Origin: a virus
Lineage: Duplodnaviria; Caudoviricetes
Length of the DNA stretch: 50,847 nt
IMG/VR virus record: IMGVR_UViG_3300031669_000042
Location: 1 to 50,847 of that record
Reading direction: 5' to 3' (one strand)
The stretch's first letter is position 1. The number at the start of each line of letters is the position of its first letter. The position numbers and the translations under genes are program-made. The notes below the pieces were generated by a model that made no database searches, had not been told where the DNA came from, and saw nothing but the letters and a program-made list of their open reading frames with translations. This document shows, in pieces, positions 45,847-50,847 of the stretch.

Positions 45847-45969
45847 TCATCTCATCAAGATCTTGACCGCTACTCCAATCACGAGCAGGCCGATCCCCAA
45901 AGGCGGCGCCGCCACGAACAGCAGCCCGCAGAAACCCAAGAACGCCAACACCCCCAGTAGTTTGAACAT
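45847..45969 (-). CDS. Small membrane protein (40 aa) between the two arrays
   Basis: MFKLLGVLAFLGFCGLLFVAAPPLGIGLLVIGVAVKILMR; AGGAGG RBS. Confidence 0.7.
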   Translation of the reverse strand: MFKLLGVLAFLGFCGLLFVAAPPLGIGLLVIGVAVKILMR

Positions 45970-46034
45970 CGTGCCTCCTATTGAGCCTTGTCTGATTTGG
46001 TGGCCCCCGGCCACTCCCGCTCGCATCCCGTCTC

Positions 46035-46241
46035 GCCTTTGCTGTGCTTCGCTGCGCTGCGCCAAGCCGTTGCCTCGCGATGCTCCGCTCCGCCTTTGCT
46101 TTGCTGTGCTTCGCTGCGCTGCGGCGCGCCGCCGCGCGTTGCCTTTGCCACGCGTCGCTCTGCCTCGCGGTGCAGTGCCTTTGCCGAGCTAGGCCACGCT
46201 ATGCCTCTGCCGTGCGATGCGACGCCGCGCGGCGCGTCGCC
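46035..46241 (-). repeat. Pentamer array 1 (NGC-NN units), putative guide-like ncRNA
   Basis: About 40 units starting 14 nt after the RAMP gene stop; 6-nt units at 46035, 46066, 46092, 46141, 46177, 46203; followed by hairpin 46000-46014. Confidence 0.88.
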
Positions 46242-46254
46242 ATGTGCCGCCCAG

Positions 46255-46884
46255 CTATTGCGCCGCCTCGACCTCCGTTAAGGTCGCCTCGAATCGCCCA
46301 TAGCCCGCGTTGCGCCACTGGCCGAGGCCGCGCAGGGCGCCGTACTCCAGCCACTCCCGGAATAGGCCCTTCGGGATCTTCCCCAGGGCCAGGATCTCAA
46401 AGCTGCAGGTGGTCCCCGCCGGGCAGGCTTCGCTCGCCGCCAGCGCCACGCGCTCGCCCTTGGCGGTCTGTGCCCGCAAGGGCCGCACCAGGATGCTGAT
46501 CGCTTCCGCCTCGGGCACTTCCAGGCGGATGAGCCTGGGGAATACGAACACCAGCCCATCGATCACCTTCCGAAACGCCCTCAGCTTGGCGCTCCCGGAC
46601 TCGGGGTCCCGGCTGAGCATGCTGCAGGCGTCTTTGAAGAACCCCTTGATGGCATAGTCGTACAGCGCCGGGGCGCCATCCTCCAGGCGGTGAAACCCGG
46701 TGGTGCCCTTCTCCAGCGCCTCGGGGAGCGTCTCCATCTCATCCTCGATGTCCGTGGCGCTCCCGTTGTCGTTCCCCTCTGCCTCCAGCTTGCTCTGGAT
46801 GTGCTCCTTGTAGATGTCCGGGTTGCCCGGCACGGTGCCCAGGATGGGCTCGGTAAAGCGTAGGTGTACTCGGTACTTGTTCAT
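46255..46884 (-). CDS. Stand-alone Cas7/Csm3-like RAMP superfamily protein
   Basis: YRVHLRFTEPILG (beta1), DGAPALYDYAIKGFFKDA (P.i....lKG.lR-like), EACPAGTTCSFEI, C-terminal Gly-rich loop RGLGQWRNAGYGRF. Confidence 0.8.
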   Translation of the reverse strand: MNKYRVHLRFTEPILGTVPGNPDIYKEHIQSKLEAEGNDNGSATDIEDEMETLPEALEKGTTGFHRLEDGAPALYDYAIKGFFKDACSMLSRDPESGSAKLRAFRKVIDGLVFVFPRLIRLEVPEAEAISILVRPLRAQTAKGERVALAASEACPAGTTCSFEILALGKIPKGLFREWLEYGALRGLGQWRNAGYGRFEATLTEVEAAQ

Positions 46885-47423
46885 AGCTCCCCTCCCTCTG
46901 TCTCCACCGGCTCCTCTGGAATCTCCAGCGTGCCGCTAATCGCCACCGACGGCTCGGTGACGATGTCTAGCGGCGCCCCCGGCAGGCTCTCCTTGGCCTT
47001 CTGCAGCGCCGCGTCGTTCACTTGTAGCCAGTTGGCGGTGTCGTCTGCGCCCGCCAGGTAGCCCACCACGTCCGCCGTGCGCCGCGGGTCGATCTCCAGG
47101 TAGACCGGCGCGTTGGCCCGCAGCCAGCCCACCATGTTGGCCTGGTCATACGCGGCCCGCTTGCCGATGCGAATCTGCACCCCGCCGGCTGGCCGCTTGT
47201 CGCCCGTCTCCCGGAACGCACGCAGCGCCTCCTCCCGCACGGCAACCGATAGCGACTGCTCGCCGTTCAGCGCCTCGGCCAGGACCTTGCTCGCCTGGCG
47301 TAGCTGCTCGGCGATGGCCAGGGCCTGCATCTCCTGCTGGAGCCCGTCCACCCGCGCCCGCGCGACCAGGACCGACACCCGCTGCTTTGCCAAATCCGCG
47401 ATCTTGCGCTCTAGCTCGCTCAC
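46881..47423 (-). CDS. Coiled-coil protein, possibly Gam/Gp157-like
   Basis: N-terminal coiled coil then GVQIRIGKRAAYDQANMVGWL; GTG start; ATGA-coupled to the RAMP gene. Confidence 0.5.
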   Translation of the reverse strand: MSELERKIADLAKQRVSVLVARARVDGLQQEMQALAIAEQLRQASKVLAEALNGEQSLSVAVREEALRAFRETGDKRPAGGVQIRIGKRAAYDQANMVGWLRANAPVYLEIDPRRTADVVGYLAGADDTANWLQVNDAALQKAKESLPGAPLDIVTEPSVAISGTLEIPEEPVETEGGEL

Positions 47424-47929
47424 TCGGCCACCTCCCGCACGATCCGGTAGAGCAGCTTGTAGATCTTGGCCGCCAGCTCGCGCTCCTGTGGGGCCAGGTC
47501 CTCTAGCTCCCCTTGCGCGCGCGCCTCGGTCTCTACTCGGCAGTCCTGGCACACGCACCACCCGTCGTCGTAATACTCCCCCGGCAGCAGCGCCTGGACT
47601 TCACCCAGGCGGTGCAGGCTGTCGACCTCCCACAGCGGGGTCCGCTTCCCGCAGGTCTCGCACGGCGCGACTAGCTCGAAGTAGGTCCTGCGGTTCAGCC
47701 GGGTCCCCAGCAGCTTGGTGCCGTCCGCGAACGTGGCCAGGCCCTGGTAGCTGTTGAGCATCTCCACGACCGGGCTCTCCCCGAACAGCGCCTCCGCCCG
47801 CCGCTGGATGAGCTCGGCACACTCGGCCTTATCCGCCTGGCGCGCCGCCTCTAGCTCGGCCCGCTGCTTCTGGTAGACTTCCGCCGCCCGCTCGGCCAGT
47901 CCCTTGTACTCGGTCAGTTGCTCTGTCAC
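47420..47929 (-). CDS. Zn-finger hypothetical protein, paralog B (169 aa)
   Basis: CETC...CQDC; KGLAERA, ATFADGTKL, AAKIY. Confidence 0.75.
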   Translation of the reverse strand: MTEQLTEYKGLAERAAEVYQKQRAELEAARQADKAECAELIQRRAEALFGESPVVEMLNSYQGLATFADGTKLLGTRLNRRTYFELVAPCETCGKRTPLWEVDSLHRLGEVQALLPGEYYDDGWCVCQDCRVETEARAQGELEDLAPQERELAAKIYKLLYRIVREVAE

Positions 47930-48435
47930 TCCGCCTCCCTCCTGATCATCTCTTGCACCACCCGGTAGAGCTTGGCCGCGATCTGGAGCTCGGGCTCCGC
48001 TAGCCCCAGCCAGCCATCATTCTCCTTGGCCCTGTTCTCTGCCTGACGGCATTCCCGGCACAGCACCCGCCCGTCGCCGAAGTGGCTTGCCGGTCCCTCG
48101 GCCAGCGCGTGCCCGAGCTCATAGATGTTGTTGGCCACCTGCGCCGGAACCACGGCGTCGCACTCCTGGCAGCACCCCGCCAGGCGCCACTCCTTGCCGT
48201 ACTGGTGGCAGATCGCCAGCTTGGTGCCGTCCCGGAAGGTCGCCCAGCCCTCGCGAAGGCTGATCATCGTGACCTTGGGCGTCTCCCCGAAGGTCTCCAG
48301 CATGTTGTAGCGGACTTTGCGCTCGATCTCGACCAGCTCCCGCCTGCGCGCCGCTTCCGCCTCAGCCTGGTCCTGGTGATAGGCTTTCAGCGCCCGCTCG
48401 GCCAGCCCCTTGGCCATGGTCTCTTGCTCTGTCAC
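47926..48435 (-). CDS. Zn-finger hypothetical protein, paralog A (169 aa)
   Basis: CQEC...CREC; KGLAERA, ATFRDGTKL, AAKLY; GTG start with AAGGAGAG RBS. Confidence 0.75.
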   Translation of the reverse strand: MTEQETMAKGLAERALKAYHQDQAEAEAARRRELVEIERKVRYNMLETFGETPKVTMISLREGWATFRDGTKLAICHQYGKEWRLAGCCQECDAVVPAQVANNIYELGHALAEGPASHFGDGRVLCRECRQAENRAKENDGWLGLAEPELQIAAKLYRVVQEMIRREAE

Positions 48436-48460
48436 TTTGTCTCTCCTTGTACGAATCAGG

Positions 48461-48484
48461 AGGCCCCGGCGCGTGCCGGGGCCT
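48461..48484. other. 10-bp intergenic hairpin
   Basis: aggccccggc-gcgt-gccggggcct; no U-tract. Confidence 0.6.
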
Positions 48485-48496
48485 GTTGGCCCTCTC

Positions 48497-49897
48497 CTAG
48501 AATGCGATGGACTCCACGCCGGGGATCCCGTCGATCCCCTCTGGCGGAGGCCCTGGCTCCGGCTCGCCCGTCTCGGGCTCATCCAGCAGGTCGATGATCT
48601 TGGTCTGCGCCTGCAGGAAGGTCCCCATGAAATCGGCCAGGCGCTCCACTCCCAGCGCCTGCAGGACGTGCCTGTAGCCCGGCGCCGCGATCTGCCGCGC
48701 CCCTGCCGCCGCCACCGCGAACTCCACGATGGTCGCCCGGTTCTCGTCTTTGCCATTCCAGTCCGCGGGCAGGCCAGCGTTGCCCCTTTCCCGGCCCGCG
48801 GCATAGTCCCGCAGGGCGTCGCACAGATCGTCGAGCGTGCCGGGGAAATCGCGGAGCTTGGCCACCCCGCTGGCCGTGGCCAGCTCCTCTGCCGAGCTGA
48901 TCTCCAGTCCCTTTGTCAGGCTCGTGACCCGCGCCTTGCCCTCCTGGGTCTCGTACCATTCCTTGGGCGCCTGGGACTTGCCAGCCGCAGGCGCCGCAGG
49001 GGCCGGGGCTGGTGCCGGGGACTTGGCCGCTGCAGGCTTGGCCGCTGCAGGCTTGGCCGCTGCGCCGTTGCCCTGCTCGGTCCCCTCATCCCAGGGCGCC
49101 TCGGTCTCATCATCCAGGAGCTCCCCAGTTTCCGGGTCGACGTTCACGCCGCCCAGCACCGGGATCTTGCCCGTCGGGACCCCGATGGCCAGCGCCGCCG
49201 CGCGCGCCTGGGCCACCTGGGCCTCGATCCACTCGGCCACTGGCTCGACGGTCACCACGCCCAGGGTCCGCACGCCGTGCTCCTTGGTGGGAATATCGCG
49301 CAGCACCCGGTGGATGATCACCTCGATGCCGCGCAGGTCCTCCCGGCCATCGGTGCGCTGGGTCTGGATGTTGTACAGGTCCTTTTCGATGGCGTACAGG
49401 TCGGTCAGCGCGTGGGTCTCTAGCGTCACCTGGCCCACGCAGCCCCGGCTCAGGAGCTCGGGCAAAATCAGCGCCAGCCGGCCCACCGGCTTGTGGTCGC
49501 CGGGCTTGGCCGGCTGCTCGCCGCTGCAGTAGGGGCAGGTCTTGCGCTCGTGGCTGTAGCTCCTGCCGTCCGCCACGAGCCACTTGACCCAGACCACGCC
49601 GTCGCAGCGGTAGACCAGCCGATTGCGTTGCCCGGCCCGTGCCCAGCCTTCGATCCAGTAGTCCCAATTGTCCCGCACGTGCGCAAAGGGCAGGTAGGCC
49701 CGCACGCTCTCCACCCGGTCGGTGTGGTAGGCGTTCATAAACGCCGCCATGACCGCTGGGTCATCCGCCGTGAACCTGAACACGGTATCCAGGTCTCGGC
49801 CTGGCCCACGCTCGGGCTTGACGTCGCCCTTGCGCAGCTTGCCGATGGTTCGCAGGATGCTCCTCTGGGAGCGGTCCGCGATCTGTTGGATTGCCAC
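48497..49897 (-). CDS. Gp3-like (recombination directionality factor-like) protein with C-terminal extension
   Basis: IGKLRKG...DLD..FRF...LPF...LVYRCDG...CP...KPVGRL..ILPEL; NVDPETGEL; AAKP linker; GTG start after GGAGG. Confidence 0.65.
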   Translation of the reverse strand: MAIQQIADRSQRSILRTIGKLRKGDVKPERGPGRDLDTVFRFTADDPAVMAAFMNAYHTDRVESVRAYLPFAHVRDNWDYWIEGWARAGQRNRLVYRCDGVVWVKWLVADGRSYSHERKTCPYCSGEQPAKPGDHKPVGRLALILPELLSRGCVGQVTLETHALTDLYAIEKDLYNIQTQRTDGREDLRGIEVIIHRVLRDIPTKEHGVRTLGVVTVEPVAEWIEAQVAQARAAALAIGVPTGKIPVLGGVNVDPETGELLDDETEAPWDEGTEQGNGAAAKPAAAKPAAAKSPAPAPAPAAPAAGKSQAPKEWYETQEGKARVTSLTKGLEISSAEELATASGVAKLRDFPGTLDDLCDALRDYAAGRERGNAGLPADWNGKDENRATIVEFAVAAAGARQIAAPGYRHVLQALGVERLADFMGTFLQAQTKIIDLLDEPETGEPEPGPPPEGIDGIPGVESIAF

Positions 49898-49898
49898 T

Positions 49899-50168
49899 CT
49901 ACTTGCCTCCATTGCTGTTGGTCTTGGCCCCGCCCGCCACGGGCAGGCCCGCGTACACTTCCTCGACGCGCGCCGTCGTCTTGCGCAGCACCGGCATGGC
50001 TTCCGCCTTCACCACGTCCTTGACTTCGGCGAACAGCCGGGCGTAGGCGCCCAGCTCCTCCTCTCCCTGGTCCAGGTCGGCCCAGGCGCTGGCCTCGATG
50101 TGCATGCTCTCAAAAGAGCCTAGATTCCACTTGCGTCCGTAGGTCACGCTGATCGTCTTGACCTGCAT
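49899..50168 (-). CDS. Conserved-looking hypothetical phage protein
   Basis: ISVTYGRKWNLGSFES motif; RBS present. Confidence 0.7.
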   Translation of the reverse strand: MQVKTISVTYGRKWNLGSFESMHIEASAWADLDQGEEELGAYARLFAEVKDVVKAEAMPVLRKTTARVEEVYAGLPVAGGAKTNSNGGK

Positions 50169-50219
50169 TTTGCTTTTCTCCCTCTACCGCCTATAATGGC
50201 GGCTGATCGTCCCCTTGCA

Positions 50220-50259
50220 GCCCCGGCCCGCAACCACCCACCATCGGGCCGGGGCTTTT
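50220..50259 (+). terminator. Possible intrinsic terminator / hairpin
   Basis: gccccggcccg-N14-cgggccggggc followed by tttt on the + strand. Confidence 0.4.
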
Positions 50260-50261
50260 GC

Positions 50262-50429
50262 TTACCGCTCACGCGGGATCAGCAGGCTGCCCACGATCAG
50301 GCCGTAGATGATGGTCCCTATCGGGAACCAGAACGCAATCGGGAGGCAAGCCGCCACCGGCAGCCACCACCACCGACTCTTGTACCCCGTCACCGGGTTG
50401 CGCCCGACGTTCCGCCACCATTTGCGCAT
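50262..50429 (-). CDS. Small Trp-rich membrane protein (55 aa)
   Basis: Manual translation MRKWWRNVGRNPVTGYKSRWWWLPVAACLPIAFWFPIGTIIYGLIVGSLLIPRER; AGGAGG RBS. Confidence 0.6.
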   Translation of the reverse strand: MRKWWRNVGRNPVTGYKSRWWWLPVAACLPIAFWFPIGTIIYGLIVGSLLIPRER

Positions 50430-50500
50430 CCGTCGTCCCTCCTCTCTGCCTGGCCGCCCGGTAGGCCCCGAGCAGCACTCCCCATGCGCGCCCTCGTGCT

Positions 50501-50689
50501 TCAGGACTCGGTCCCATCGCGCTCCTTGAGGCCCCGCAGGTCCTCCATGTCGGCGTTCATCAGCAGCAGGGCGACCACCGCCGACTTGCTGCGAAACGTC
50601 CGCTGTGCCAGCTCCTCTAGCCGTGCCCTAACGCCGGGCGCCAGGCTCAGGCTCACCGGCTGCACCCTCTCCCGTTGCCTTCTCGTCAT
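50501..50689 (-). CDS. Ribbon-helix-helix (CopG/Arc-like) DNA-binding protein
   Basis: VQPVSLSLAPGVRARLEELAQRTFRSKSAVVALLL; start re-called at MTRRQ. Confidence 0.75.
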   Translation of the reverse strand: MTRRQRERVQPVSLSLAPGVRARLEELAQRTFRSKSAVVALLLMNADMEDLRGLKERDGTES

Positions 50690-50742
50690 AGCGTCTCCCT
50701 TCTCCCGGTGTGCCCAGACCGACTTTACGTGCGATCTCGGGC

Positions 50743-50768
50743 AAAAAAAAAGACCCGTCCTGGGGTCT
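50743..50768 (-). terminator. Intrinsic terminator-like hairpin abutting the leftward promoter
   Basis: Minus strand agaccc-caggac-gggtct followed by a T run. Confidence 0.5.
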
Positions 50769-50797
50769 AGTATAACCGAAAGTCGCCGGAATGTCAA
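50769..50797 (-). promoter_or_regulatory. Leftward sigma70-type early promoter
   Basis: TTGACA-N17-TATACT. Confidence 0.75.
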
Positions 50798-50816
50798 TAC
50801 CCTACGGTGGGCAATC

Positions 50817-50845
50817 TTGCGCCTTGCGTAAAGTTGGCGTATAAT
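50817..50845 (+). promoter_or_regulatory. Rightward sigma70-type promoter (divergent)
   Basis: TTGCGC-N17-TATAAT at the window edge. Confidence 0.6.
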
Positions 50846-50847
50846 GT

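Noticed and set aside
45735-46241. Canonical CRISPR array beside the Cas7-like gene
   Set aside because: No identical 23-47 nt repeats separated by unique spacers; the periodicity is 5 nt
45521-46499. Plus-strand ORFs (223, 151, 97 aa) and the extended 45847-46065 ORF across the arrays
   Set aside because: Their low-complexity Leu/Cys/Arg/Ala translations are a by-product of the 5-nt repeats; no RBS, and the plus-strand ones oppose the operon
1-50847. tRNA, rRNA, integrase, transposase genes
   Set aside because: None recognised by eye; tRNAscan and Infernal were not run

Overview
A ~51 kb, high-GC segment of a tailed (siphovirus-like) phage or prophage. Every credible gene is on the minus strand. 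Read right to left: a divergent promoter pair and an RHH regulator; early genes (Gp3/RDF-like protein, tandem Zn-finger paralogs); replication genes (two helicase-like proteins, one with an intein, plus a primase); small accessory genes; a ParB-methyltransferase / ParB / radical SAM block; a NUDIX-kinase fusion and an ADP-ribosyltransferase; terminase, portal, MuF, scaffold and capsid; three glycosyltransferases; neck and tail genes with a frameshifted chaperone; tape measure, Dit and a 2243-aa tail protein; and a lysis module. The best candidate for a new system is at 45.7-46.9 kb: a stand-alone Cas7/RAMP-like gene directly followed by two non-coding arrays of 5-nt NGC-NN units. The arrays are punctuated by 6-nt A-rich units and each ends in a hairpin, suggesting a minimal RNA-guided system with no canonical CRISPR array or other cas genes. 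Also notable are twin perfect AT-rich palindromes (56 and 46 bp) and a promoter- and terminator-bounded structured RNA of ~160 nt. All product calls come from motifs recognised by eye and from gene order; no database search was run. No integrase or repressor lies inside the window.
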